This document shows, in pieces, positions 37,195 through 50,862 of a stretch of 64,000 nucleotides of DNA. The stretch spans positions 72,912,001-72,976,000 of the forward strand of contig NC_043002.1 in NCBI RefSeq assembly GCF_006345805.1, given 5' to 3'. The position numbers and the translations under genes were made by a program. Under the pieces are notes generated by a model. It was not told the DNA's origin. It saw nothing but the letters and a program-made list of their open reading frames with translations, and did not search any database. How positions within the stretch are numbered: position 1 is the first letter of the stretch; each line of letters starts with the position of its first letter. Source of the DNA: Octopus sinensis. Lineage: Eukaryota.

Positions 37195-37888
37195 TGAAAT
37201 ATATCAAGACTTAATGTGATGGTATCTGTATTTGATACAACTTCATTGATCTGCCACCATACAATTGTCACTATTTTTAATGTTTTCAATAGTACCCTAT
37301 TTGTATCTAATTATATAGTAGACTAGTTAATGAAGATAATTTCTTTCGGCATAATTAGTACATTCCTAAGCTATTGTGTCATACAGAAAATGATTAATCA
37401 GGTTAGTTAATTAATTAATGAAAATTATTTAGTATACAAGGCCAACGGGTTCAGAACGGCTGAAGGAGAGAAACAGAACTGTTAGGTTATTGTTGTTGTT
37501 GTTGTTGTTATTGCTTAACCTTAGGTCTGTACTGATTGAGCAGACTCATGAGTAAAAGCTTTCCCGTCATGACCATCCTGCCTTTTTTTTTGGTTCAAAT
37601 ATTACATATTGAATGCTACATTATCCAGTTTAGTCTTAAATATCATTCTTAAAACAATAGGATATGATTTAAGGAAACATTGGCTGTTATTTTTAGCAGG
37701 TCAAGCAACAATGTAGAGGCGGTATGAGGCTTTGATGTTCGTTTCTTTTATGTATTCCTGTCAATTAATATTCCTTGTTCTCATGTTCTTTGTCTTTTGT
37801 GCATGCATTTTGTAACAAGCTAACAGGTACATAATATGTTTGTTAGGCATGACTTTGTGGTTAAAAAGCTTGCTTTGCTTTGCTTCCA

Positions 37889-38207
37889 CAGTGCCATCTT
37901 AAGGCTAGGGCATGCTGGGTTATTGTCTGAGGGTCTCACATGCTTAGGAGACCAAAACTTATCTATTTATGTTGTGACCTGCTCTCAGTAAATAAATAAA
38001 AGCTATATATATAGGTGTAGGAGTGGCTGTGTGGTAAGTAGCTTGCTTACCAACCACATGGTCCCGGGTTCAGTCCCACTGCACTTGGGCAAGTGTCCTC
38101 TACTATAGCCTCGGGCCAACCAAAGCCTTGTGAGTGGATTTGGTAGACAGAAACTGAAAGAAGCCCGTCGTATATATGTGTGTGTGTGTATATATATATA
38201 TATATGC

Positions 38208-38241
<34 letters not shown>

Positions 38242-38760
38242 GCGTGTGTGTGTGTGTATGTTTGTGTGTCTGTGTTCGCCAAAAGAGACCGATAGAATAA
38301 GTACTAGGCTTACAAAGAATAAGTCCTGGGGTCGATTTGCTCGACTAAAGGCAGTGCTCCAGCATGGCCACAGTCAAACTGACTGAAACAAGTAAAAGAG
38401 TATAACTCAGCACTCTAATTTCCCAGGGCGTCACACATCTAGGGACCCAGTTCTGATCTATTTATGTTGTGACCTGATGTAAATAAATGCTATAGGGTCC
38501 AGCGCATTAATTTAACTAGGGTCTCACGAGTCTAAGGGCACAATGCTGATGTATTTATGTTGGGGGTCGCTGTCAGTAAATAATGCTATAGGGATCAGCA
38601 CACTTGTTTACCCAGAGTCTCAAAGGTTTAAAGGTCCAATTTTGTTTATTTGTTTATGTTGTGACATGCTATCAGTAAATAGATAAATGCTATAGGGCCC
38701 AGTGCACGTTGATATGCCCAGGTTCTAAGGGTCCAGTGCACTGATTTGCTCAGGGGCCAA
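37889..38760. repeat. Degenerate ~100-bp tandem repeat element, interrupted by a CORE-like SINE (38012-38402)
   Basis: tatttatgttgtgacctgc..tcagtaaataaat..gctatagggnccag repeated four times; begins cagtgccatcttaagg. Confidence 0.65.
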
Positions 38761-39446
38761 TCATGCAACTAAGATGGCTCTGTCTATATGGTTTTGAGTT
38801 CAGCTCTACTATATGGTACCTTGAGCAAGTGTCTTTTGCTACAGCTCCAGCCTTGTAAGTAGAATTTGTAGAGGGGAAATTGTATGGAAGCTCATCCTGT
38901 ATGAGTGTGTGTATGTTTGTGTGTGTGTGTATGTGTGTGTGTGTACAAGAATATTGGCATTCCACAACTTTAATTTTTAACAGCTGAGCTAAATGGTGAT
39001 ATGATGTATACTTCCTTGTTGACGTTGCTGCCAGTTGCTCTGTGCTTTGAAAAACCATCAGAACAAAGGATCCCTTACTTGAAAAACAGATAAGGATTGG
39101 CAACAAGGAAATATATCTGACCATTAAATGCTGCCTCAAGTAATCTCCATCAAATCCATGTTAGGCTGCAAAACAGATATTAAATCAGACAGGTTAAGGA
39201 ATATACATTAACACACACACGTACACACACACATATGTACACACACATAGATAGATAGATAGATAGATAAATAGGATTTATATGTAATATATATGATGTA
39301 TGTCAAATGAATGAGGACCTGAGCATTCTATACATGCAATCATGGTGTAGGATATATGGTTTCTTTAAACTAAATGTTTATTTTGTGGCTTAAATTTCAT
39401 GCTGCTGCAATCTTCATACATACATACATACATATGTATATATACG

Positions 39447-39524
<78 letters not shown>

Positions 39525-40305
39525 TATCTATGTGTAACATGTTTATATATAATTGTGAGTAATGACAGGAAGATTTGCATTGCTTGGTTTTATTACTTTG
39601 GCACTTAAGGCTTCTTGAGAGGAATAAATGTCTCTTGTTTCAATAGTTTAATTCATTAACAAAAAATAGATAAGAAATATTTTGTGTCCTTTTATATTTT
39701 TTTTGTCTATTGTTAATTAATTTAACAGTACTAATTCTAATTCTCTATTAGGCACATGACCTAGTGGTTAGGCTGTTGCGCTCATGATCACTAGACTGTG
39801 GGTTCGATTACCAGACCAGGTGGTGTGTTGTGTTCTTGAGTAAAACATTTCATTTCATGTTGCTCCAGTCCCCCTTTTCGATCAGAGGGTAATGTTGGCC
39901 TGCTTGCCTAGCTAGCAGGGTAGTGTCAGTCATGCGATCACGTGATCACTTGAATTCTAATTCTAGTTGTAAGTGTATGTTGATAGTGCATTTCTGTTGA
40001 CTGGGTTTGACGGGGTCATTTTTATTTTCAGGGTAGGTAGAGGCTCACTGAATTGAATTAATTATTTTTAATACCCAGCAGATTTTGAACCTCAAACTTA
40101 GTATAATGCTGTTGCTTATTTTCATCAACCCAGAATATATAAAAGATAAAATCAATCCTAGCAGAATGTGAACCCAGATCCTAAAAGGGTTAAACTAATA
40201 TTATACAAGACATTAAGGGTGCTGCTGTGTCAGTTACACCAATTCTACTGTATTTCTGCATCTTCACCGATTAAATTTTTGTTGGTGACGTATTAAATCA
40301 AATTC

Positions 40306-40748
40306 AATGACTAGCATCTGTGCTAGTGGAGCGCTAAGAGCACCATCCGAGCATGATTGTTGCCAGAGTGGCTAACTGGCTTCCGTGCTGGTGGCACATA
40401 AAAAGCACCATTCGAGCGTGATCGTTACCAGCATCGCCTTACTGGCACGTGAAAAAACATTCGAGCGAGGTCATTGCCAGTGCCACTGGACTGGCTCCTG
40501 TGCAGGTGGCACGTATAAAACACCATTTGAGCATGGCCGTTGCCAGTACCGCTTGACTGGCCCTCGTGCCGGTGGAATGTAAAAGCACCCACTACACTCT
40601 TGGAGTGGTTGGTGTTAGGAAGGGCATCCAGCTGTAGAAACTGCCAGATCAAGATTGGAGCCTGGTGCAGCCATCTGGTTTGCCAGTCCTCAGTCAAATC
40701 GTCCAACCCATTTTAGCATGGAAAGCAGATGTTAAATGATGACGTTGA
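40306..40748 (+). mobile_element. RTE 3'UTR-type repeat with tandem units
   Basis: Matches 48985-49450. Confidence 0.85.
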
Positions 40749-41568
40749 CGGCGTATGCAAATCTGTTCTCACAACCTCTTTCTATTGGCCAGTAAAAATA
40801 AAAAATGGGCAGTACCTCATATTAAATGTGGAAAATTCCAGAAAGTTCTCTGCTACCAAAGATGAGCTAGTTGAAGACTATAAGGAAAACATTTGCACAA
40901 AGAGTTGCAAAGCAAACATTTTAATTACACAGCCATGCTTACAACTATATTTAAGATATTAATTTACTCGTAAAATTCAAAAATGAATCCCATCCTGGAA
41001 ATTTTCTCTTAAAGCAATATGGGTCCTTTTCATTCTCTGAACTCTGTTGCTTTGCCCTAACTCATTTTATTCACCAAATATGTAATACAATTTACTAAGT
41101 GCAGTTTATATTTTTCTTGGCTAATATCTAAAAACTCTGGCCTGCATTTGTTCTTGCAGTTAAAATTGAAATATTTTAAATTTAGAAAAAAAAAAAGAAT
41201 TTCATGTAATTTTTCTTTGCTAAATTTAAAAAAACGTCTTAGTTTTTAAAATCTTCAGCAGACCATGAAACTTATTGCTAATGCATTGACTTCTGAAGTT
41301 GAAAATGTGGAATCCATATCAGCTTGCTACCAAGGTTTCCATCTTGTTATTTTTATGGTATGAATTAATGAAGTGTAACAAAGATGTTTTACTAAAATAT
41401 TTCCATGAATCATCATCGGAATCTCTTCATCCACTGGAAAATTATTATTCACCATAAAGATCATTGAACTTATCCAATTTCTTTCTGGAGTAGTATCTGT
41501 AGTCAAGTAAATTAAATGCTGAAAATTAATCTGCTCCAGGGTGAAAAAAATGTCTAAATTTATCTTTC

Positions 41569-41617
<49 letters not shown>

Positions 41618-41683
41618 ATTAATAATATCAAAGAGTAATCTGAAATATTAGAAATTCCCATTACTTAAATGTACACTATATAT

Positions 41684-41900
41684 ATCTATTATATAAAATC
41701 TGTTCTGTCTGTGTGTATGTCTTCTAAGATCTCGGGCATCCTCCATCCGATTGCGCTCACATTTGATATGTAGGTACTGATGGTATTAGAGCATGTATAA
41801 GTCATTCCAGGTGAGAATGCGATTGATAAAGCAGTGTGAATGTGCATTTGTATGTGCAAGTACATCAGTTGTTACGATTGATACTACGCATACGCAAGAA
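41684..41900 (+). mobile_element. Helitron 5' fragment
   Basis: a|tctattatataaaatctgttctgtctgtgtgtatgtc...catccgattgcgctcacatttg, inserted in (TA)n; resembles the 5' end of the 11393-11787 core. Confidence 0.6.
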
Positions 41901-43159
41901 AAATGCACGTGCAGTTTTCCTTTGGAATAGAAAAAAGTCTACCTTTATTTCTTCTTTTGCTGGTGTCTCAAATTTAGGTTAAATCAGTGTTTCTCAAAGG
42001 GGAGGCCTATGGGACTGTCAGACAAGTTGTTTTGGGAAAATTTGGTTTAAATGTTTGACAACTAAGCACCATCCATTGGACGGGGGGCGTTTTGCTTGTA
42101 TATATATATTTATGTTAATATGTATGTATGTATTACTTTCAACAAATGCTTGAAGCACTCAACTTCTTTCATCTTGATACATTATTAGAAGAGCTCTGTA
42201 AACCTATGACTAAACAGCAAAATTACAAAAAAAATGCCCAATTTTGTTGTTTTTTAAAATAGCATGGTGTATGTTTGAGTGTCAGTTGAACTTTGTATAC
42301 CGATTGTGCATAAATATATAATAAAACATATAACATTTAGATAATAAAACTGAACATCTGCTCTAGTTGAGCTGTAACCTACTAAATTTATTAAGTATGT
42401 GTGGTTTGACACTACTACAAACTACTTACTTTAATGACCTAAACTTCTTGAAAATGTATTCTTTCTTTGGCCTTCACTGTGAATTTCTTCATCATTTGCT
42501 GATATATGTAAGAAATAATGAGTATTATAAAAAAGCTGTATGTGTCAAGTTTTCTCCCTCTCTCTCTCCCCCCTCTCTCCATGTGCCAATTCTTATTTCA
42601 CAGGTGTTGGTAGTTATGGCCCCTCATGCTAAAAGCTGAGGATTTATGATTTTTGTTGAGAAAGATACAGTGGTGTTTCCCTGTTGCCTTCTGCTGGTTT
42701 ATTTACAGTTTACTCTGCTAGTCTCCGGCTCTCACAAGCTTATTCTGTGAAGTACAGAGTTTGTTTAACCCCTAAGCTGAAGGACTGGTTCATGTAACAT
42801 CAGGGTATTTTCACACAAGGGTGGGCTTGTGTGACACATATCTAGGGACCAACATTCCTCTGAGTCCTCTGTGCCTTAATCACAGAATCACCTTCTGTTA
42901 TCTGATCCATAACTGGGGTTCTTTACAGGTACTACTACTGTGGGCCAGAGTGAACCTGGGAATAGTGGTGACTCAGAAGTGATACCATTCTCTCCAAAAC
43001 TCCTGAACTTCCAAGCTGGAGCCTTCTCAGGATGTAATATTATAATATATAAAATAGATAACTTTATAGTTTCTGTAAATTTATAAATTAAATTTAAATA
43101 TAATTTCAGCTTCCTGCCTCCCATCACTTGTGAGGCTAGAATTGCAGGTACCAGCATAC

Positions 43160-43683
43160 TAATCTGTCATCTTCATCTTTTGATCCTGAAAAGAGGAGGT
43201 TGTGAAAAAAAAAACGAACATGCTGTCTTCAATTTGGTTTCTGTGCCTATCCTCATCTATTATCACAAAGAAGAGTATGACTGGAAATACAAATGGCTAA
43301 AATCCTCTGAAGGATCTCTGGAATTATGTTACTCAACAGGGTGCGGAGCTCACAGATCAGGAAGCCTCTCTAGCTTGAGTCATTACTTCTGTGCATTGAG
43401 AAATCACGGCTCCAATACTATGGACATGTGATTAGATTGTTGCCGGAAGGGATCACAAAATGGATTCTTTAAGCCAAGCCAACTGGCAGGAAACCTTGGG
43501 GTAGACCACAAACAAGGTGGTTGGATAATATCCATAGTCTCAGTTATTCAGTCTTGGGAATCCAGCTAGAAAATATGATGATGGTTGCTTCTGATAAGAC
43601 TCTATGAAGGAGGTACCTGAGGACTCTAACCCCTACAACCCTCTCAAGAATAATGAGTAGAGAGAATGGATAGATGGATGGAT
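43160..43683 (+). pseudogene. RTE-clade (Expander/Rex3-like) LINE 3' fragment
   Basis: SRLQYYGHVIRL...AKPTGRKPWGRPQTRWLDNI...LGI; ends in (GATG)n. Confidence 0.8.
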
Positions 43684-43767
43684 TATAATTTCAGACTTAA
43701 ATCTATCCTGTTTTTGAAGTGAAACAATTGAATAGCAAGGAAATTAATAATGATCAGCCTCAGCAAA

Positions 43768-43985
43768 TATTGGTTTCAAATTTTGGTACAAGGCCAGCAA
43801 GTTCAGGGAAGTGGGTAAGCCAATTATACCAACCCCAGTGCTCAACTGGTCCTTATTTTATTGATCCTGAAAGGATGAAAAGCAAAGTTGACCTCAGCGA
43901 AATTTGAACTCAGAACATAAAGATGGACAAAATGCTTAGCAACATTTTGTCGGGCGTGCTAACAATTCTGCCAGCTTGCCACCTT
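43768..43985 (-). mobile_element. Nin-like SINE with TSD tcagcaaatatt
   Basis: Family match; flank duplicated. Confidence 0.8.
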
Positions 43986-44520
43986 AGCATCAGCAAATAT
44001 TAAATCTAGAAAGTTTACCAAGTTGAAGGGATAAATTTGTGTGATATAAAGAATGGAAGTTACCTAGAAATTAGGGAAGGAACTTTTATCTGCCAAGCAA
44101 TTTTCACTTTAGAGTTTTGTTTTTGCTTGGCCATTCTTGAAATTTTTGTTATTCAGATTATGACTAACACTTGTATTCTTTAAAAATGATTTCTTGATTT
44201 GCATATTTATGCTTAACATATTCTAGGCATGGGTGTGTGGTGAAGAAGCTTGATTTGGAACCCAGTGAATTCAGGTTCAATCCCATTGTTGTGCTGCACC
44301 TTCAGCAAATGTCTTCTAATGGGTGGACCAATGTTTTGTCAGTGAATTTTGCAGATGAAAACTGTGTGGAAGCAGATGAAAAATATGTGTGTGCGTGTAT
44401 GTTTTTGTTCTCCTTACCATTGCTTGACAAATGGTGTTGGTTTGTTTATGTCCCTATAAATTAACAGGCTTTGCTGAAGAAAGCAATAGATTAAATACCA
44501 GACACTGTTTTCAAATAAAA

Positions 44521-44562
<42 letters not shown>

Positions 44563-45136
44563 GGAGTTGATATATTTGATTAATTGCTTCCAGTGACTGA
44601 AACAAATGACAAAATACATAAGATGTTGCATGAGATGTATTGCAGACTCCCAACCCATCTCATGATAGAGAAGCAAATATTAAAACGAGAATTAAACAAT
44701 CCTTATATTCTGTTCTGCATATTCCAAGCCCCCTTTTTTCCTTATTAATGGAGTGTTTTGATGGGAAGTAAACACTGTTTTTTCCAGTTGTTGGGAAAGT
44801 ATAAATACCAGCTTTGAAGCAGCAACACAGAATAATCTCAGAAAACTGATAGATTAATAACAATGATAGATGTTTATAGAGATCCATACTGGACATCAAA
44901 AGCTGTGGAATTACTCTCAGAATTGTTAAGACTGTAAAATATAACATAATACTTTCGTCGTGTTTAGAGCAGACATCAGGCATTTACCATACTGAATGCA
45001 GTGTTTTATCTTTTTTTTTTTTTGTTTTTGTTTTTTAAATATTTTTGTATTTTTGTTTATTTTTTATTTTTATTTGTCTGCATTTATCATCCAAAGAATT
45101 TCTTATTCAAAGAAATGGTATTGTATCCTCCTCCTC

Positions 45137-45167
<31 letters not shown>

Positions 45168-45596
45168 CACCACCGCCACCACTACTACACTCTTGTCCAA
45201 CAATCCTTCTACCATCGTTGCTTGTTTTGTAAATCAATTTCCTCAGTCATTTCTTTTTTATTGCTTTATATTTTCCTAAACATATATATTGTAAATAGAC
45301 CATGTTGCAAATTCTTTTAGTTATGTAATGTATGTCTGTGTGTACATATATATATGCTGGTATGGAAGATGGATATTAAACAATGATGATGTTGATGATG
45401 ATGATGATATATAGTTATATATCATGTGTTATAATTATTGAATATTCTTACTCTGTTGTACTTGATTCATAGTCACTAAAACCTTTGTAACAAATATCAT
45501 GTTTATCATTGAAATGTTAGTTAATTCATATTATTTACACATGTATATAATGGCTAACACAGCAAATTAGCACTCACATATGTATATATATGTGTA

Positions 45597-45684
<88 letters not shown>

Positions 45685-45819
45685 GTGTATATATATATGT
45701 ATATATATGCATATATATATATATACATACATATGTTATATATGTTACAAAAATGTAACCACATGTGATTGTTGGCAATTTTTTTACCTCCTTCATCTTG
45801 GATTTTCCTGTTTCTTCCT

Positions 45820-45853
45820 GTTTCTGAAGAAGAGCTGTGCTTGTAACATAAAC
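45820..45853 (+). ncRNA. Hammerhead motif in a PLE end (degenerate)
   Basis: gttt-CTGAAGA-a-gagc tgt gctt-GtAA-ca-T-aaac, followed by a T-rich tail into (TA)n. Confidence 0.55.
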
Positions 45854-45944
45854 TTCTCTTTTTCTACTCTGTGCCTTATTAATATATTGCTTGGGCTACA
45901 TCTAGACATTTGTTTTTTTCTTTATCACTGTGTTTTTTTAATTG

Positions 45945-45984
<40 letters not shown>

Positions 45985-46063
45985 GAGTAAAAAGAAGACA
46001 AATCTAAAGGGACCAGTTTTAACAAACGTTGTTTTAGTTTGACACTCGAAAGGAAGGGTAAGA

Positions 46064-46100
46064 GTCTTAATGTTTCAGACACTAGTCTTTCATCAGGAAA
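46064..46100 (-). ncRNA. Hammerhead motif in a PLE end
   Basis: Minus strand tttc-CTGATGA-a-agac tagt gtct-GAAA-ca-T-T-aaga. Confidence 0.65.
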
Positions 46101-46144
46101 AAAAGGAAAGAAAAAAGAATGGCGAAAAACAGAGAGAGGAAAGG

Positions 46145-46560
46145 TGGTGGCATGTAAAAAGCACTTTAGATTTGGGCTTCACAGAGGCAATGTGGCTGAT
46201 GCCAGTGTTGAATAACTCGCACCTGTGCCAATAGCACATAAAAAGCACCTTTCGAGTGTTGGGCCTCATGGAGGCACTGACAAATGACTGAGACCTTTTG
46301 CAATATGCTGTGCTTGAGAAGAAGATGCATCAAGCCAAGTAAAATCACAGTCATGGCAGATACTGGTGTCACACAACTGGCGCCCTTACCAGTGGCACGC
46401 AAAAAAACACCCATTATGCTCTTGGAGTGGTTGGCTTTGGAAAAGGCATCCAGCTGTAGAAAATATAACCATACCAAATCAGCCTGTAGTCTGGCACAGC
46501 CCTCCCCCCCAGCTTACCAGCCCTGATCAGACCTTCCTACTTATGCCAGTATGGACAGAT
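46145..46560 (+). mobile_element. RTE 3'UTR-type repeat (second subfamily)
   Basis: Matches 55460-56010. Confidence 0.7.
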
Positions 46561-46917
46561 AATTGTCCTGTAAAATCTGTTTCTTAAATCCTATAAAATC
46601 TGTTTCTCAATTCTGAAGAATCTGTTTCTTAATGAGAATGAAAGGGGTTGCTTTGAAATTTGGGGTGGATTGAAATTTTTATTTGAGTAAGTTTTATAGA
46701 TTAAGGTTGAGTGTCTAATGAAGTTTGCTAGCTGTATTAGTAACAACAGTAGTTTTGATCTTCAAAACATCTACAGAGTGTCTCCTTTGTAATAATTTGT
46801 TACACGATTGTATGACTCAGAAAGCAAATCAACAGCTTGAGGTCAACAACGCCTACTTGAGAGTTTCAATTAATATGAATTTATTCATATATGACTATAT
46901 ATATATATATATATATA

Positions 46918-46953
<36 letters not shown>

Positions 46954-46958
46954 CATTT

Positions 46959-47172
46959 AAGGTGGCGAGCGGGCAGAATCATTAGCGCTCTAGGTGAAAT
47001 GCTTAGTGGTATTTTGTCCGTCTTCATGTTCTGAGTTCAAATTCCACCAAGGTCAAATTTGCCTTTCATACTCACAGGTTCAACAAAATAAGTATCAGTG
47101 ATACACTGGAGTCAGTGTAATCAACTAGTCCCCTCCCACAAAATTTCAGGCTTTGTTCCTTTAGTAGAAAAG

Positions 47173-47173
<1 letters not shown>
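46959..47173 (+). mobile_element. Nin-like SINE in (ATT)n
   Basis: Family match. Confidence 0.75.
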
Positions 47174-47207
<34 letters not shown>

Positions 47208-47805
47208 GGTTGACTTTTGCTTTGTATTTGTACATGTTGGCTTCATGTCTCACCCAGAGACCTCAAGAGACAAGTTAGAAATTCATGTTGGCATTATGCT
47301 CCAGGGTGTCATATATTTGGTTTTGCATATAGTATTGTTCTAGAGAATGTTTAAGAAAACATAAGAAAATTATCATCATCATCATCAACATTATTGAACC
47401 AACCACCAGTAGTGAGATTATTAATGAATTACAATTTCCTACTGTAAACTGAATTCAGACCTATGTTTTCTCAGCAAGCTTTATTTCATGTTTTCAGAAG
47501 AGCTGAAAATTTTCAATACATCCAGTTGGCTATGGGTTTGTCTAACCTTGATGTGCCACTTCCTGCTAGGTCTACCCTTATTCAGGGTCATTGTTCATTG
47601 TACTTGTTGTTTAGTCCCAAATCAACCCTAATCAAATGGAATTATAATCAGCTTTTCAAACCATGAAAATCCTGTCTTTTCCTTATATCTAGGGCTATAT
47701 TATTGAATGGGTCATTCCTATTCTAATACAGTTAAGTGTAATTTGAAGGAAATTTGGGTACTATTTTTGGCAGGTCAAATAACCATGTAGAAGTTCTTGA
47801 GGCTA

Positions 47806-48108
47806 TTTGTTTGCTCCTTCTTGAGCCATGCCTGGCTCATTAGGGCCGGTTTCTCGGTTTCCTTGGTGTATAGGTTCCCCACCTGATTGGGACACCAGTC
47901 TGTTGCGGGTGAACTGCAAGATACAGGAGGAAAGAGTGAGAGAAAGTTGTGGTGAAAGAGTCAGCAGAAGTTCTCCATTACCTTCTGCCAGAACCACATG
48001 GAGCTTAGGTGTTTCACTCATAAACACACATCGCCCAGTCTGAGATTCGAGCCCACGATCCCTCGACCACGAGTCCGCTGCTCTAACCACTAGGCCATGT
48101 GACTCCAC
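47806..48108 (-). mobile_element. OR-type SINE, head A with tail c
   Basis: Matches 58236-58539; tgaggctat is duplicated on the flanks. Confidence 0.8.
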
Positions 48109-48827
48109 TCCTGAGGCTATGGGTAAAAAAAATGTTTCCCAGCAGAAGTCTGCTGCCACATAGTATACAGGGCTTGATACCACTGGGGATAAAGCCTCGG
48201 TCAACTGGCATTTAATCTTACATCCTCTTCTCCAACAATTCACGATGAGTTTCCTAGCATGCACAGGATTTTTAGAGGGTGCCTGCAGCCATGCTCATCC
48301 AACTGTGCTACTTATAGGGATTGAAGGAGTAGTTAGTAGCAACTTGGAAGTCATCACCTTACCATCTTTTCCTATCACCACTACCAAAATAAAAAGAAGA
48401 AATATAACAAAAATTTGCAAACTATTTCGTTTTTTTTTTTATTACTTCATTAGTCATAATTTATAATTTTTAATTTCAACTAAACTTATACTTGGCTAAA
48501 GGAACCACAGAAAAACTAAAAGGAAACAGAAATTTGTCTTTTTCTTTGGGGAATACAATCAAGATAAATTTAATTTGCATCGATACTTAATAGGACAGTT
48601 TCCTGTTGAATTTCTTTCACATGGTTTATCTCTTCCTTTAATAACTTTTCAGCTAACTAGTTCAAGGTTAGCCTTTTAAAAATTAATTAATACAAGCTGC
48701 ATTTGATTTTAAGAATTCTAATTGTCAGTTCTTGCTGTAGGCTCCCTGATTAGGTTTAGCACATTATGAAAATATGGTAATGGTTAATTACAAATATGTA
48801 CTGGAATTTTATTTATTCATATTTATG

Positions 48828-49450
48828 CTGTACTTGAGATGATCCGGCAAGCCAAGTGAGACCATAACCTCGTGGCCTATGCCAAGGGTGTAACCAGCCC
48901 ACTTATGTGTACCTTTCCTTCATTGGACACTAAACTCTGCTTGTGAAGACCTGTTGAGGCAAGTGAAATCGAAATCAAATTTGATGAATGGCATCCATGC
49001 TAGTGGAGTGCTAAGAGCACCATCCGAGCGCAATCGTTGCCAGAGTAGCTAACGGGCTTCTGTGCTGGTGGCACATAAAAAACCCATTCGAGTGTGATCG
49101 TTACCTGCATCACCTTACTGACACTTGTGTTGGTGGCACATGAAAAACATTCGAGCGAGGTCATTGCCAGTGCCGCTGGACTGGCTCCTGTACAGGTGGC
49201 ACGTAAAAAACACCATTTGAGCATGGTCATTGCCAGTACCACTTGACTGGCCCTCGTTCCGGTGACACGTAAAAGCACCTACTACACTCTCAGAGTGGTT
49301 GGCGTTAGGAAGGGCATCCAGCTGTAGAAACTCTGCCAGATCAAGATTGGAGCCTGGTGCAGCCATCTGGTTCGCCAGTCCTCAGTCAAATCGTCCAACT
49401 CATGCTAGTATGGAAAGCAGATGTTAAATGATGATGATGATGATGATGAT
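48828..49450 (+). mobile_element. RTE-LINE 3'UTR with tandem units and (GAT)n tail
   Basis: Starts tgctgtacttgagatgatcc, similar to the ORF end at about 57890; ends with the common tail. Confidence 0.85.
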
Positions 49451-49756
49451 TTATATTAATATGTAATATAATCAATTATACACCTCTCTTACAAACATGT
49501 GACCTTGTGCTGAATATTATCATCGATATTATTAACAACAACAGCAACACTAATGCTATTTTAATGTGTCTGTGTTTATGTAATGTATATCATCATCATC
49601 ACCATCATCATTACATCATCATTATTTTAACATCCACTTCCCAAGTTTATTTGAATTGCACAAATTTGTTGAGGCAGACTCTCTATGACTGGATGCCTTT
49701 CCTGTTGCCAAACCTCACCTGGTACCAAGGCAATATTTTTTTATGAACAAAGATGG

Positions 49757-49965
49757 CAAGCTGGCAGAAACGTTAGCATGCCGGGCAAAATGCTTAACGC
49801 TATTTCATCTTCTTTACATTCTGAGTTCAAATTCCGCCGGGGTCAACTTTCCCTTTCATCCTTCCAGGGTCAATAAATTAAGTACCAGTTGCATACTGGG
49901 GTCAATCTAATCAACTGGCTCCCTCCCAAAAAATTTTGGGCTTTGTGCCTAGAGTACAAAAGAAT
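49757..49965 (+). mobile_element. Nin-like SINE
   Basis: Family match. Confidence 0.8.
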
Positions 49966-50322
49966 ATTTTTTATGGCCAGACATGTCTTCATAGAAGATT
50001 GGAAATGGACACTGCTTGCATGACAGTGATACTTGTTTACAGCAATCACACAAAGCCAGTGCAAAGAGACAACAACATATTCATGCGTGCATGCACACCA
50101 CACACACACACCACACACACACACAACACACACACACACACACACACACACAGAGCTTATTTCAGTTTCTATCTACCAAATCCACTCACAAGGCTTTTGT
50201 TGGCCTGGTGCTATTGTAGATGACACCTGCCCAAGGTGCCATGCAGTAGGACTGAACCTGAAGCCATTTGGTTGGGAAGCAAACATCTTATCATACAGCC
50301 ATCTTAAATATATCAATGTATA

Positions 50323-50360
<38 letters not shown>

Positions 50361-50862
50361 TTATATTTAAAAAATCTCAGCTGTACATGTTTTAGCATTT
50401 AATTCTCTAGGGATATTCTAAGTCAAATAGAGAAGTTGTTATTAGTGTAATACTATAAACAATGTTAAGAGCTAACTATCTGTTAGTGATTTAGTAGCTG
50501 CTGAATTCTTTGTGATTCTCATGGGATATGAAAGGAGACCAAATAGATAAACTTATCCAGTAGAAAAATGTTTATATTTGTTATTTTGATAGTGAAAAAT
50601 CTACTGCCTGCCACCAAGTGGCAAGCAGTAGATGCAAGGGTTTTGAACTCTCATAAAGGGATCTGTTCCTTTTTATTTTAACCGAAGCCACATCTGTGGA
50701 CATTTTTATATGCATGCATGCATGAATGCATACATACTTCCATACCCACCTACCTACCTACTTACCCCAGCACTCACCAAAACCACCACCACCACCACAA
50801 CACACACATACATGTGTTGCAGGAATATTCAGCAATTGCCCAATATCACGATTCGCAAGAAT

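Noticed and set aside
36972-37289. Poly-Ser/Thr/Val ORFs
   Set aside because: Translations of a trinucleotide microsatellite next to a SINE.
40320-40590. Repeat-spacer pattern resembling a CRISPR array
   Set aside because: The linkers are mutually related and the same between dispersed copies; it is an RTE 3'UTR in an animal genome with no cas genes.
41230-41525. Possible minus-strand exon remnants
   Set aside because: Acceptor-like sites exist but the frames close quickly and I recognise no protein.
44660-44983. 107-aa minus-strand ORF in unique-looking DNA
   Set aside because: No recognisable domain or convincing exon structure; BLASTx or RNA-seq would be needed.
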